From Amoebophrya sp. A120 (taxonomy: Eukaryota; Protista; Dinoflagellata): a stretch of 64,000 nt of DNA. The notes under the pieces were generated by a model. That model was not told the origin of the DNA. It saw nothing but the letters and a program-made list of their open reading frames with translations, and made no database searches. Shown here one piece after another: positions 1-17,246 of this stretch; position 1 is the first letter of the stretch; the number at the start of each line of letters is the position of its first letter. The stretch is from positions 7,001,612-7,065,611 of the forward strand of contig CAJINV010000003.1 in the NCBI GenBank assembly GCA_905178155.1, read 5' to 3'. The position numbers were made by a program, and so were the translations under genes.

Positions 1-291
1 TCTGCACTACCAAGTGGATGCACGTGTGCCACCACTGTTTACTATTCAAGGTAAATTGGGTGTTGCGCTTGCGGTGTGCTGGCGTCTGTCTTACCACAAT
101 CCTTCAGGCCTTCCCCCAGGCCCAGCTTTGTCCCAGGCACTACCACTGTTTCTTATTCTTGCCGTGCAGGCAGATGAAAATGCAAAAACTTTATGATTAT
201 GATGAACGTATACTTTTACATTCGTCTCTCGCCAGCGCCGGACATTCATATTTCTGGAAAAAACTTCTACGTTCCAGCGAAGGACACTTTC

Positions 292-1410
292 TCATTCTCT
301 CGTGTTGCAAACATGTTTCGTCGGTGCGTTGGTCACTCTGGCACCGCATAGGGACACTATCAAATTTAAATCCCGAAGGACAACAGGGATCGATGATTCC
401 GAGGACCTCCGTAAAAAAGCAGTGCCACGAGCTTTACAATTTGATAACAAAGAACAGAAACATATTCGCTTCTTTCGTACTATGTGGCGTCGCACGTCTG
501 AGACTGCAGGCCCAAGGAGGCGGTTGAGATTGAGATTACTTTTGGCGGTTCCAACCGAACTGAGAAAGGCCAACATTTTGAAAGATACCTATGAGATGCA
601 AAACTACCACCACACGCCATGCAAATCGTTGCGCCCTCTTCAACTTCCAGCCGCCTGTTGATATCTGGGCACGACAACGGTTTCGAATAGAAACCCAAAA
701 AGGAGCTGCTGAAGACTACATCACCCGTTTTTCGCTTGCGTGTACAAAAATTGATCCTTGATTTCATCGTGTTGTTCACGAGTCGAGACTCTAATCCATG
801 CATGAAGTCGAGACGTTGCAGATTCGGGCGCCTCACATAATTTGCATTTCTTGCGGAAGGTAGTTTTCCATTTCGTAAGACTAGCGCTCCCAGCTTGTTT
901 GATAGAGTGCTCTGTGCCGTCTCGAGCACCAGCGTGTATTGACGACAGTGGCGCAAGCCTCTGAGACTCTGGAATTGGGAGGAGTGGAAGCCTATGCATT
1001 GGAAATGTGTAGTCTGGGTCTGGTGGAAGAGTCTGAATCATGTGTGATTTAAGGCGTGGTCGACGCAAAGTTCTGTATATATTGCATGGGTAGCAAAAAC
1101 CACCCACTTTTTTGGGTCACCTGGAGACGACAGCTCCCCGCGGAATCGCGATGGAGGACGTGGACGAGAAGCCTTCTTATATGAAACTTGCGATGTTGCT
1201 ACAGGTCGTACTGCAAACATTCTGTTCTTGGGAATGAAATAGCAAAAGGTGCATATACGAATCTCCGAAATGTTCCAGACCCAGACTAGTGCATATTAAT
1301 ATTTGCCATTGATAAAACCGCATGGCATGAGTGCACAACGGTGGGTCGTGCTCTGGACGGGTGAACAAGCTTATTGCAGCACCGCTGTTCTTCCCTAGTT
1401 TCTGGGACAC
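292..1410 (-). CDS. Possible fragmented hypothetical coding region; frame and exons unresolved
   Basis: Overlapping minus-strand ORFs (480..956, 721..1107, 1038..1220) with no recognisable domain. Orientation matches all other genes. Confidence 0.2.
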
Positions 1411-1583
1411 CTGAAGTGAAATTGTTTCCTCCTTTACAGAGCAGCAGAGGTCCGCGCCGTTGCGGTTGCGGACCTGGATCGCACTGAGTTGTGATTGACT
1501 ACTGCTACAATCCGTGGCGTTTCCTCGTGTTAGTTACGCATTAAGTTCTATCATGGATGAAAATCTAGGCAAGCCGCGGAACC

Positions 1584-4500
1584 TCAAAATGGAAAACTAG
1601 GCAATTCTTTTTCGCAAAGTACCAGCGTTCCGCCTCCAGAGCCAGAACTGGTCGCCGTGTCGTTAGCAGAGAGAACGAGCGAACCCAGGTAAGGAAACAG
1701 TGGACTCAGCAGCAGGCTGGTGGACTCCAGAAATTCCTGCACAGCTTGGTCGAGTGCTTGGGAGTAAAGCAAGCGATCGACCGGATCCGCAAAGACCGTG
1801 CCTTCGATTAGAGTCGTCACATGATTTCCTGCTGTGGACGACGACGTTGCCAACGTATTATCATGCGACGAGAACGGGTCGTCGAACAGACAGAGTCGCG
1901 ACACATACTTTGCGTCAAACAACAGTTGCAACTGTCGCGGCCCTATCGACGCTGCTGCGGCCGAACTCTTCTTCGCCCATTCCAGCTCCTGTCGAAAAAC
2001 CTGCGTTGAAGTAGCTGGTGGTTCATTTCCGATCATCATGCATCGGTATTGATTTAAAATTGAATTGGTTCATGCTCCAGGCTTGGGAAGCAATTCCTCA
2101 AGGCACTTAGTGAGACAGTATCGGATGTGTAAGTACTTACTACTAGTATCAAAGAATAGCACACGTGGACGACGTGTTCTTAGTCTTACTGAGTGAAGAA
2201 TAAAATGCAAGAACCTTCTCGAATTCGGTCTGGAGATAGTGGCGTATTCTGCGCGAGGCATCTTCTGGAATGGTGGAAAACTTTCTGGAAAGCAAAAAAA
2301 GTTGACTGATTTCTGTGCCACATACATTGACGAGGAAGTCCATGAGTGATGCTGATGCAGTTAGCGGTATGTAATATTTATTGTTGCTCTGCTGCTGCGC
2401 CGTGGACCCGGCTCCAACTGCGGTACCTACTACGGCTGAAGCGGCGTCAGTGTTAAGCAGCGCGCCCCAGGTTGCACGGGAAAACTCCTGCTCTATATGA
2501 TCTTGGTCCACTGTGCTGCTGCTCGTTAGCCGAAAAATTGCTGCGCTCGTCGTTGTCTGCTCGCTACCATGTATAATCGACATTGTAGCTGCATTTTTGG
2601 CGCGGCCGCCTGCAGCTTCTTCATCTACTGCAGGTGTTGACAAAGGAGTCGCACCGTCGTGGTTGTACAGCTGAGACGGTATTCGCACCTTGGCCCGCAG
2701 CCACGAGTCCAAATTTCTGCCGTATGGGAGTGTCAGGATCGAAATCGACAAAATCGAAAAATTTGTAATGCGTACAATGTAGGACACATATGGCCTCTAT
2801 TGGGGAGCAGGCAAATGAGACCGATTGCAAGCCTGTTTAGGGGAAGGCGACGCGCTGCCCGAGTAGCATGACAGGAGCAGTCTTCTTTGCCGAACCAGCA
2901 TGACGGACTGGATCTCGGCGCTCCCAAAATTTGCCATGCGCCACTTGGAAACTAAGGCTCCAACTGACATCGATTTTGTGCATAACAAATTTTTCGATTT
3001 TGTCAATTTCGATTCTGACACTCCCATATGCCGGCGGTGTCGGCTAGCATGCGCAGGAAGCGACCCCCCGGATCCTGCAGACGAAACTCCTCTTCGAGAC
3101 GACGCCGGTTGCGGGCCCATTCAACCAACCGGTACAGTTCCACGTCTACTTGTTCGTTACTAGCGTTCGCGAAGGACGACCACGACGCACTTCTTGCTCC
3201 CAGAGACGCGCCATCTGGAGGGCTGGAGGGCGCACCTGGTGGTTCCGAGGATGCGGCCAAGGCTTGCGCAAACACAGAATACACCGCGTCAGAATACGCT
3301 CGCAATAGCTTTTGTTGTCGCAAAATTTTCAGTCAAGGTGTAACCAAAAAATACATGATAGATGTCGCGCGAACAAGGAGATTCATCATTCTCTTGCCTG
3401 CGTAGTCGTAGATGTCCCCCTAAATCATCGTGTTTTGCATATGCCCGAAAAACTTTTTAAAACAAGCGATAATGAAGCTGTTAGAAGAGGTCAAGCTCCA
3501 TGGTGGTCGTGATGTGTCGACGTCGACCTCGCCATGCATGATGATACACAATTGTTCTATCGCTCCGTCATCTTATCTGCCTTTATTTCCTTGACTTAGT
3601 AATGATGTGCAGCATAGCTGTTCGTTTTGCGAGTACTGCGGGGGCACGCTGCAGATATCTCGCGCAATTTCCAAAAGCTCCGGCTCTGAAGAGGTCAGCC
3701 GCAACGGATTCCCCATGCGTTGAGCGGACGCTTCCTGGTGAGACGTGATGAGCGATAGAATAATACAGATGCTCGCCACCACGAGCGGACGACTCACTGC
3801 ACGTCGGTGGAAATAAAGATGTATATCTTTTTGTGTACTTTACAAACATCTATTGCATCAACTTCTATGATCTACCAGAAACAGTATGGGAAAGTAAGAT
3901 AATGCGAATCATGTACCACGAGAAGGATCATTTCTCTTGCTGCACGGTGGCGCAAAGACGCGAGCACATCCTCGGGGAAAGCGGCGGCGAGCGGCGTCTC
4001 TCTCGCGGCTGCCTCAATGTGTGTCCATGATTCCTTGTAGTTCGTCTGAAACCTGTACCCCCATACAGCCTCTCCAGTCCGCTCACAGAGATCGTGAATT
4101 TGCTTGAGACTACCGCACACCGGGAAGGAGAAGTTCGGAAGAAGGCCCGACTTGTCCGAGACCGCAGCAGAGCCGCTTGTTTGCTCTGCGGCTACAACGG
4201 AGACCACGGGATGGTTAGTTGCGCCAGTCTTTTGGGTCGTGGAGCCCAATCGCTGACTCTTGTGCTCCGATGATGTGTAGTCGTTCTCATGGTCGTTGTT
4301 CGCCAAGACGGAGCGCACCGTTGGAAGCTCGACCTGCGGAAGCACGTCGCCCGTCGCTGCATCGCACGCACATAGAGCTGCGTAATGATCTCTTGTGCCT
4401 GCACCTCCTGCAGGAGTGGCTGATCGTGAGCGTGTGTCGGAGGTGGTTCCCTCGTTTGGCGAGGCCATCATCTCCTGCAGGGACAAACTGCAACTATTGC

Positions 4501-6266
4501 GTTCGCCTGCCTTTACGCGCTGGGCGAATTTTTCCAGTGCGGCAAACACCCGCTGCGGCTGCGCATGGTGCAGGCACAGGAAAGTAGCTTCGAAGGATAT
4601 CAGGTCGTCTTGCAGCGACAGTCCCCTGCTGCCGTCTGCAGGTCCTGCTCCAGCACCCGGAACGATTGCTCTCGCGCCGGCAGCCATCTCCGGTATACTA
4701 CTGCCTGCACAGCTCCCGCCGGAAGCGGGGCGCAGTCTTCTCCGGCGCGCAACGAACACCTCAAGAAAATACTTGAGGTCTTTGTTTGTAAAGTAAATCA
4801 GGCAGACTAGTGCCTCGAGAAAGGCTTCGGGTGTAAGTGCACTCAGAGAAAGCGCTTCCATACACGCACACACGATCGCGTTATGGCTCCCGCGGCTCTG
4901 CCTTCGGCTCTTCTCCAAAAAATTGGACACCCTAAAACCATACGGCGAACCACTAGAGCTGCTGGTCGAGGATGCTGCAGCAGACTCGGGGTCCTCACCA
5001 CCGCCACGCTTGTTGGCAGTCAGACCAAGGCGGGCTCCACCAGACAACGAGGTTGCCGTGTCCATGTTTGCAGCCTCACTTTTGCTCGCGCCAGCTGCAG
5101 CATCTTCTATTTCCCGCGTCACGGTTGGCAGGAGCACGAGAAGTGTTTCCGCAGCTTGCAGAAATTCCCGTGCCAGCAGGTGTGCGCGAATGATCTCAGG
5201 AAACTCCAGCAGCACTCGGACCCGCTTGCACAACTGGTAGGTCTCAGCTGCATCATGCTCCTCTTTAACAGCGCTCTCAACTACTAGCATATCACGGGAT
5301 GCAGCTATACCAGCAGATGCACCTCCGGTCTGTCCGTGCCCGGCTCTTGTTTTCGTTTCCTTCAAAAGGTGCCTCGACAATTGGCGATCTGCCACCTCTT
5401 CAGCCGCAGGTGGTGGCTTTGTGCTAGAAGCGTGGTGGTGCTCATCACGCCCCACCGAAGCAACTCCAATATTCCCGCGCTGCCGCTTGCAGGGTCCCTC
5501 AATTAGCGCGGCAAGCCGTTTCCTGTCTATGGAAACAAGGCTGGAAGTCACGGGCTGCTGCTGAATCTGCTCAATTACCTGCAAGCACCCGCGAAATTCA
5601 GTTGCGCACAACTGAATTTGCTTTACCAAGTCCGAGGATTCCAACACCTGAACAATGTTCATGTCTTTGTGCTGCCAAAAATACTAGCTGGCTGCAGCGG
5701 GGGCAGTGAGGTTTTGTCATGGCGCGCACCCGACGTATTGCGGTTGCCGGGCCCCATGGGCCCTCTTTTTGCTGCCTGTGCGCCATACCTTCGTGCCTAA
5801 TGCTATTCCGCACGGTCTGGTGGCGCACAGATAAAAACTAGTCTTTTATCGAGATTAACAGCGTAACTACTGCGCGACCTCTTCCTTGCAGCCTCTACTA
5901 AAACCAGGTCGAGATATTTTTCTTCATCATATTTCGCCAGGGCCAAATATAGCACAAAATGGTCCTACTTCATACCTGTCGATAATGATTGCCAACCATC
6001 AACCGAAGGTCTTTTCGTTTTTGGGTGAGGTTCTTTTCCGTTTCTCGGCTGAGGGCCCGGATTTGTGCCAGCGGCTTCGTTCGAAAGAGGTGCTCAATCG
6101 ATGTGAACTCCACGTGTGTCGAACTTACTTGGAGCTGTGGTGTTGGCATGTTGCCCGAGGGCGTCGTGGTCGTCATCGCAGGAGCGCTAATGTGCGCGGA
6201 CCCGAAGGAGTCTGCGCCGGGTAGCGGAGCAACCAAAGCAATTGTTGACCCGCGTGCATTCGTCAT
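1584..6266 (-). CDS. COG1: Conserved oligomeric Golgi complex subunit 1-like protein (Vps51/COG1 N-terminal domain), multi-exon
   Basis: N-terminal LFRTKPLAQIRALSRETEKNLTQKRKDLRLMVGNHYRQ|VLESSDLV is joined by GT-AG intron 5975-5648. RVRVLLEFPEIIRAHLLAREFLQAA, C-terminal QLLFDAKY and DPVDRLLYSQAL match COG1-family motifs. Contains introner 2723-3028. Some internal junctions are unresolved. Confidence 0.75.
2723..3028. mobile_element. TIR introner (306 bp) in a COG1 exon, TSD TGCCG
   Basis: TIR of ~49 bp TATGGGAGTGTCAG(G/A)ATCGAAAT(C/T)GACAAAATCGAAAAATTTGT. TGCCG at 2718-2722 and 3029-3033. Removal joins DTAG-RNLDSWLRAK in frame. Confidence 0.93.
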
Positions 6267-7057
6267 AGTGTCAACTCGGTTCACATAGATCGCGGCGGCA
6301 AGAGATGAATGCTCAGTTGTCGCGGATCTTCAAGGCATTGCTCTTGCTGACCTGACCCTCATTTCGCAATCGAATGCAGTTCGCTGACAAAAGCGGCTGC
6401 AGCTATAATTATAAAATACATGAAGTAGGTGTAGGAGTAGCAGGTATGGTAATGCTATGACTAGTAGGTCTACTAGGGGGATACAGTTGTATTTTTTGTA
6501 TTTTCGACTCGACCTCGCCCTGTGGTCCTGCGAGTCAAATCTATCGATCATATCATCTATACATGTGTTGTTGACTCCCCAGATGATCACAATGAAGAGC
6601 GGTGCAAAATAAATCTTGAAGGTGTGGACGAAATCGTCCAACTTCAGTGTCCTTGCTTGATGCCAACTGGACTGAATCTGTAGCATGTGTGTCTGTTCTT
6701 CGATATTATTAAGGAGAAGACCGGTGCGATCAGACAAATTGCAAGTGCTGGATCTTGTACTTGCGTCTCGTCAGTTGTTGTAGGTAGTTCGTTGGGCTAG
6801 GTGACGGCCTGACGCAGCCAATAGTCCAGCTCTAAACTTCGCCACCGCACTCTGTGCTTGGGTGTCCTCGTGAAAATGGACTGTTCTTTCGCGGCGCCGG
6901 ACACGTCTTCTACACCGAATATTGTACCGACACAAAAACCAAGACCAACAATGGGTATTTACATCAAGAAAACGCTAACGCATCAACATCATAACACGGA
7001 CTATATGTACATTGCTATTGCCACAAGAACTACCAAACATAGCCGCCGGGGCGGAGG

Positions 7058-7762
7058 TAGTGAGGTCATGGGCGTTTTCTTGCGTGCCGGCCGTCGCCTT
7101 GGCCGCGGCTTTGCTTTTCCTGGGCTCGCCATACCGCCGCGAGTAACGTTAGGCCGCACGGTATGGCGGCCGCTTGATAAGCGTCGCAAAGTTTTGCAAA
7201 TTTCCGATTTTCCTTTCCGAAAGCCAACCCCCATGCTATGGGGCCGATCCGCGTGCCACGGGGGGCGCCCAAAACGCGAAGAAAAATCGGGCCCATAGCA
7301 TGCGGATTGGCTTTGCGCGTCTGGCGCGCTTTTGCTTTTTTGCGTTTTTATTTTTCTAGCCGGCGCTTTTTGCAAAGCTTCCCAGGCTCTGAAACCGGCG
7401 AAAATGCGGCCGCTTTCGCGGCCGCCCAAAATGCTCCGAAATCGCGGCCGTCCCATGGTGTTTCACCGTTCTGATTTTGGACGCGTTTTTTTCGCGTCCC
7501 TTTTCGGGCGCACCAAACCGCCAGAAACCAAGGCGGTGGGCGCCTCAGAAGGGCGCCCCTTTTGCCGGCTCCCCTGCGTCGTTTTACCCAGCGGGGATCG
7601 ATAGAATCCGCTGGCGATTCGGTGCCGACACAGCCAAAGCCGCTTGATAATTGAAAATATTTTTTGTCAAAAAACACTTCCGCCCGCTTGCAAACTGCCG
7701 GTCGTTTTGCTGTCTGGGTGTCAAAAAAACTCCCCGGTTAGAACCGTTCGGTGACCTCACTA
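7058..7762. mobile_element. Probable decayed TIR element, intergenic
   Basis: Inverted ends TAGTGAGGTCA (7058-7068) and TGACCTCACTA (7752-7762) bound a GC-rich, A-tract-rich block like the interiors of the larger elements. No matching 5-bp TSD. Confidence 0.4.
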
Positions 7763-8902
7763 CATACTAGCTCCATCATATTTTGTCATGTCCTGTAACA
7801 GCTTCACGCTCACCGATAGCAATGAAGAACACGGAAGATGTTCACAACAACCTGAAAACCTTGACATCTTAAGGTAGTAGAAGGTGTGCGAATAAAAATA
7901 CAAGGCAAGACGAAGACGTACGAGCTTCGCATAAAGTCGCAGATGGTGCGCCGTGTAGAAGAAGAATAAGTGCTGCATTTGTGTGCAGCTTCGTCATTTT
8001 TGTCTTTCTAATCTTCGGCTCACCTCTACACATCATCAACAAGTCTTGTTGATGCATTGATGGCTGAAAAATACTTCTGGGTTTCTCGTGGGTGGTGGAG
8101 CGCGCGGAAAATTTTAGTTGTGCGGCCATCTGGTGTAGTACAAGCACTTCTACTGCTATCTTTATCTACTTACTCGCCTCGAGGACAAGAAAGATATAGA
8201 TATTGAAAAATTTGCGCATACTCGTTTTTGCAGTGGTCCAGAACCAACACAGGTTCTGGTGCATACGGAGATTGAGCGTGAAATCCATCGCAGGGTAGAC
8301 CCAAAAGGTCTTCGCTCATCTTTTCAGAATTATCTCCACTATCTCGGCTTCGGGGCTAATTTCAGCACTTACTACTAGCAAGGGCGCAGTGGGGTCCTGC
8401 AGCGAGGGGAAAAAAACATCAGGAAAATCACACTCCCACGCACTTCCGATTGCGGGAGATACTATATCTTGTTTAATCGTCGGAGAAAAAAAACAGAGCC
8501 TTCATTATGCTACCCGACTTAATTTGCGGCATTTAAATGTTTCCTTGGTGTTCAGAGTGAAACAAGCGAGTGTGACATACACATTCACTCTTTTCATTGC
8601 ATAAATCAGAAATTCGATGTTGACGACGAGAATCTGTTGCCGCGATCACGCTTTTGATCATCATGTCATTCAAAAAATAATCGTACCTGCTACAACAAGC
8701 CTTTCTACTTTTGTCTTGACCTCAATAGGTGATCAAGTAAGGAGGTGCTGAACTTGTATGTTGCATGTGCATCTGCATGATCATCGCATCAAAATACACA
8801 ACATAATAAAAGTGCCAACTGTAACAACAACGCGCCTACGTCGTCGTGGGATGCGTTTATACTATCTCCATCAAGTGGAGGTCCAGCATGCTGACAACGT
8901 TT

Positions 8903-12142
<3,240 letters not shown>

Positions 12143-13249
12143 CTTTCTTGCTGTTGGAGAATTTATGGAACAATCGTTCAACCGATGTACTTTAAGTTTA
12201 AACTACTTAGACTACTTACTCCTTTGTTTAATCGAGAACAAAGTGAAGGAGCACAACAATTGCGGAAAAGAAATTGTAGAACTCACTTAGAGGATACGAC
12301 GCTAAAGTGTTGTTGTAATTGGATGATGGAGATGAGATAGGTGTTGCTGGTGATCAAGAGTCTTGTTTAAGATTTATGCTGCTAGCTGAATCTGAATGCC
12401 ACTGAGATGCTTCTTAAAAATACAACAAGAGCTGTCTGGCTGCACGGCTTGGCTTGCGCTCGGCCTCGGGCTCGCCTTTATCATCCATTTCTTTTCAATG
12501 AGATTAACAGCGACTGGCGCCAAATAGATCACGTTAGATTGAATGTGGATCCTTCTTGATGTTCACGTCTAATTCTTTCGCTTCTAGGTTTGCTGCGATT
12601 TCTGCAGTGCTCATTCGCATGATAGTTTATGATTTCAGAATAAATTATTCACAATTACAGCATTAGCATTACCGACCTCCTGTGCGGAGACATCAAATTC
12701 AAATGCTGACAACTGTTCCTCAATGCCATGATCTCGAGAGAAAGAGGATGCAAAAAAAGTACATTCTCGTTGTTGAAAAAATGCGCGTTGGTTTCTTCAC
12801 GAACTCATGACGTGACGGCACGCTTCACGACAATCTCGCATATAAAGCTTTCGCTTTGTCGTGCAAAAAACAAATTGAGAATTGTCGGTCTCGAAAAATC
12901 AACTCCCTGCGCAGAGGTATCACATTCTACGTAAAAAAATAACATATAAAACTGAATATAGAATGTTGGCGCGGAGTGCAAGTAGAGGAAGGTGTCTTCT
13001 AGGAGAAGCAATCTCCTCAAAGTACAGTTGTCTGTCACCACAAATGCAGACAAAACGCAAAGAAAAGTAAGTCTTTGCGTGAAGCCCGCACGATTTCGAA
13101 TGCATGAAGGCAACAAAAGTCTACGATTATCACAATGGGCTCCATCTTCGCCTACTCGACGTCTACGTCCACCCTCCTTCTATATTTCATTGTTGATTTC
13201 GTTTTACTTTTTTAACGGATCATCATCATTGTTTTCGTCAGAGTATGAC

Positions 13250-15422
13250 TCAAAAATCCGGTGGGCGGGAAGAGTATTCAACACTTCGGGTGTAAGACAT
13301 GACGCTCAGAATCATGGCTGCAGTTGTTTCACTGAGCGAGTTGCAGCAGTCACTGTAGTAGCCCGCCACCGCGGTGCTCCACTTATCGGGGTCAACACCC
13401 ATCAGGGCCGCAAAATCTTCCAGACGGTCGAGTGTGCTGGCACCCTGGCACGTCCGCCGAATGGCGCGTAGGTTCTTCTCAAGTGCCTCGCCGAAGTTCA
13501 ACAAAGTTACCCCCTCCGGTCGGTGACTCATATCCAGCCAGATCGTGTGGAGCTTCATCACGGCTTTTGAAAAAAGCTCCCCAAACGCGTAAAATATCCA
13601 ACGTAACAAAAAGTCCTGTTGAGTCAACGAGATCAGCGGCCATTTGTCAGTCTTGCATCCATCGGGAAGGACGCCATACCATGCAGATTAACGTTATGCC
13701 CGACGGTGCTGTAGTCAATGAAAGGATAACAGCGTCAAAGAGTAACCAACAAGATACATCCGCTGCTGTCGTCGATGCACGGAGTGTGACATTACGCAAC
13801 GAAATATGCAAAATAGTAATAGTTTTCGTTTCTCTACAGTTTCTCTACAAAACAGTATAGCACACCATGCTGTATCACGTTATACAGGCTGGTGTGAGCA
13901 ACGCGCTTTAAGAAATTCACAACATCCCTGCAACTAACCTTACCACGTAAGAACATTTGCTCTGCAAACATAAGCAACAGCAACTGCAACACAAGAAAGT
14001 TCTTCCCGGTGGTGTAGGTGCAATAGTAAGGTTAGGCTTAAGATTATAAAATTAAAAATAAAGCGTATGATTATCAACTCAGCCAGATTGATAAAGCATC
14101 GGCTTTCTAGTCAATCGCTGTAGATACATGCACATTTTTGGGTCCTGCTGGCAGCACGTTGACGCAAAACATTTCTTTTTCCCAGACCGTACCGCGCGCT
14201 TGATAGTGTGATTCGGAGAGCGCGTGCATGACTTTTTTTTTCGTCGCGACGGGTGCAACGGGGATGTCGCAGCCTTGGTAGACCATCTCCGGGGTTTCCA
14301 GCTTCAGGTAGAAGATCAGCTGTACGGTCACGTTGATACAGGCGCAGGCAAACAGGTAAAAACTGTTTTGCAAAGCAAATCTTGCTCGCTCTGGAACTGA
14401 TGCAAAGTAGTATACAAAAAGAAAATGAAAAACACACAAACAGTCAGCAAAAGAAGGTCAGCTCTTATCTTTGTCGTCTCAAGTGAGCTGCGTTTGCAAC
14501 GCAGGCTTCTAGGCAGGGACATGGACACGCCTCCGAAGCAGCAGAGCTTGCTATTCTTATTCTTTCTATCTGCGTATACAGCGTTTTCACTGTATGATTT
14601 GCGTATTTTTCTGTTCTATCTGCGTATCATACAGAAATTAATTTTCTTGTTGGCGGCAGTGTCAAACAGGAAAAGCGCTTGGAAACTTCATGCACTGTTC
14701 CAGATCAAGACACATTTATACATAATTTGTGGCTGATAACTTTCTTCCTGCTGCGATTCTGCAATCATGCGTCGCGTCTCCTCGCCGTACTTTTCAGCTA
14801 GGTACATCATGCAGTAGAGCGACAAAATCCCGCCCCCTCGAAAGTCGGTTGCCGGATTTGTCGACTGAAACCCGACCTTTTTCCATCTTTCGTCCCTTAG
14901 TTGAATCTTCTTGCGAGAGCCGCTGCTGCTGCTTGTTGTGTTCATCTGGTTCTGTGCGCCTCTTGCATTTAGATCATTTACGGTAGAAGTTCCGGCTCCC
15001 TTATCTCGTCCTGCTTCATCATCTTCCGCTGCTGCTGGGTACAAAAACTCATAGAACTGCAACAGGTCCGCGCCGTGCCTTGGGTTCCCCTCGTCATAAG
15101 GAAGGCCAACCAGGCACTTGATTTCACGCGCCATCTCGAGCTCCTCGACGGTGGGCTGACCCTGGACTCTTGCCAACAAATACCCGAGAAAACCAGTGTA
15201 GCGACCTCCATCGGGATCTCCCCCGCCACCACCCCGGTGACCATGCAAGAGACCTTGCTCCAGATCTACCGCATCCTGCTGCTGATCGCGCTCCATATTT
15301 CTAATGTAGTTGTTTAAATCTTGTTGATGAGAACGTAGTTGATAGGGACAGTTTCGTACTAATCTTGCTCTTGGCGCAGTTTCATTGTACTTGACGCGGT
15401 CATGTGCGTGGCCTCTTCCCAT
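13250..15422 (-). CDS. ELMO/CED-12 domain protein (ELMOD-like Arf/Arl GAP), multi-exon
   Basis: WKKVGFQSTNPATDFRGGGILSLYCMMY followed by YLFACACINVT and YAFGELFSKAVMKLHTIW in successive exons (14688..15422, 14107..14439, 13250..13627). Confidence 0.85.
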
Positions 15423-16074
15423 CTGGCTCGATCGACAGAGGCAGAAACTCGCCTAACCAATAAACGAAACCAGCGAGGAGATACTCAGTGGCAGCCACTA
15501 CTCGCTCTGATCGTCTTCGACGTCGTCTTACGTCTTCTTGGTCGTGATCATCATTAAAAAAGACAAAGACTAAACGGACGAACCCGCCTCCGGAACGGGA
15601 ACAAGCATAGAAAGATCTACAACCGTGAAGAGTCAATATATGTTTTCTCTACAAGAAACACAAACCGAGGGTGAGCCCCCGCCTAAAAGAATGAGGCATA
15701 AACATTAATTGTTCGAAAAGCGAACAATGAAAGCGCAAAAATCTCGAGCGCTGTGCATCACTGAAGCGGGTGGAGTTTGAAGCTCCATCAAATGTTGTGA
15801 AGCTCACGAAGAGTTCACCAGTCTTCAACTTTACTCATATCATTTTGCGCCACTTATTTTCGTATTTATGTTGCTGTCGATTTGTCAAAAGCAAAACCTG
15901 CCACTTCCATCCGAGGGAAAGCCATATTGAAATGAGTATTGAAGCTGAAATTTTTGCTTTGACTTTCGGCAGAGGCAGCTGGTATTGCTTTACGATTGCG
16001 AAGCCGTTTCGCCATTGCTTTAGTCGATCTGTGTCTGCTTCCGAAGCCGACTCGACATGAAAGAGCGTCTTGTT

Positions 16075-17246
16075 TTTCGTTGCGTTCCTTCCATCTGTTA
16101 TCCTATGCGCCAAACCAACCCGAGTAACCCGTTGGACGGCGCCATTGGGTCTGGGTCGAGCGGGTCGAACCCTCGCTCCCGCAGCAGGGAACGACCCACT
16201 CCACCACCACCTGGCCAACAGGCAAGACCCCCCAGAACCCCACCGCAGGTGGTTGAATGGGGGGAGAGAAGCGCCAGCCCAGCCCCACTTGCCCCGGCCC
16301 CTACTTCGGAGCTATAGCCCGCACGGAAGGCGAGCTCCAAGTAACCGCGAAAAAGCGAACCACATCCGGATCCGGCAATACAGTGATGACACCAATTCCG
16401 CCAGAATAAACGCAGCAAAGCCTCAAAGCCGGCAAAACTTGAAACGTAGGTGCCCTGGACACAAACCGCCCCGGCGCGCGCAGCGGTCTCCGTGACACAA
16501 AACCAAAAGCGCCCGAGCGCCAGCCAAACGCGAGCAACATCTTCGAGTACGTCCCTGCCCGCCGGGAGAGACTGCTCCGTGTAACGGGTCAAAAGTAGAA
16601 GCCGTTGCAACTGGACGCAGAGGCGCACAACTGAAAGAGCAGGGGGCCATCCCCGGTAGTGCGTCCCGCGGGACAAGCCAAACAATAACCCACAGAAGCC
16701 CGCAACAAGGGCATTACGTACTCCCGGATACTGACCAACAACCGAAGACCGAGCACGAACAGCCGCCCCTTTGCGGCCCCCTTCCGCCTCCACGGGCACC
16801 AAAGTCTCACTAGAGGCACTAGACCTAGCAATGCCTGCCGTGGCTAGCGACAAGCAAAGCCCTCCCCAGGAGCGCGTGGCGAACGATAGCATAGCGCTAA
16901 CGTAGCCCCCAAGGCATACAGACTCGCGCGCGAGCCCCTTACCGCCGGAAGGAATCCGTGCGCCTATGATTGTATCGGCGCGCCAACGAGGCCACACCGT
17001 GCCCATAGAGACAGCCTGTCAAGAAGGTGGACGAGTCCGCCACTAGAGAACCACAACCATCCCGAAGCGCCATCGTCCCGCACGAAGCAGTATGTAGCGC
17101 AATAGATTGTAATTGACTTGGAGGATCCTCGGCCCCGCCCTGCTAAGGGAACAGAGGGCGAACAAATTGGACACCAAGAACCCCAGCCAAAGCATGGGAA
17201 CAAGTTCGCAAGGGTAACGGATTGGGTACCGCCAGTGCCAACTCGA
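16075..17246 (+). mobile_element. 1.17-kb insertion flanked by a 42-bp direct repeat; possible decayed non-LTR retroelement fragment
   Basis: GTCTGCTTCCGAAGCCGACTCGACATGAAAGAGCGTCTTGTT at 16033-16074 and 17247-17288. No TIR. QYSDDT at 16376-16393 resembles the LINE RT QYADDT motif. Confidence 0.55.

Noticed and set aside
480-1220. Genome-wide stop-codon reassignment (TGA at 1040-1038 joins two ORFs in frame; similar TGA near 57840)
   Set aside because: Long Gln- and Trp-containing ORFs and enolase have no in-frame stops. These cases lack homology support and could be intron edges or non-coding sequence.
4192-5287. Plus-strand ORFs overlapping the long genes (here and across 29-37 kb)
   Set aside because: They are antisense shadows of GC-rich minus-strand coding sequence.
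16098-17006. 302-aa minus-strand ORF as a host gene
   Set aside because: It lies wholly inside the insertion bounded by the 42-bp repeat and has no recognisable domain.
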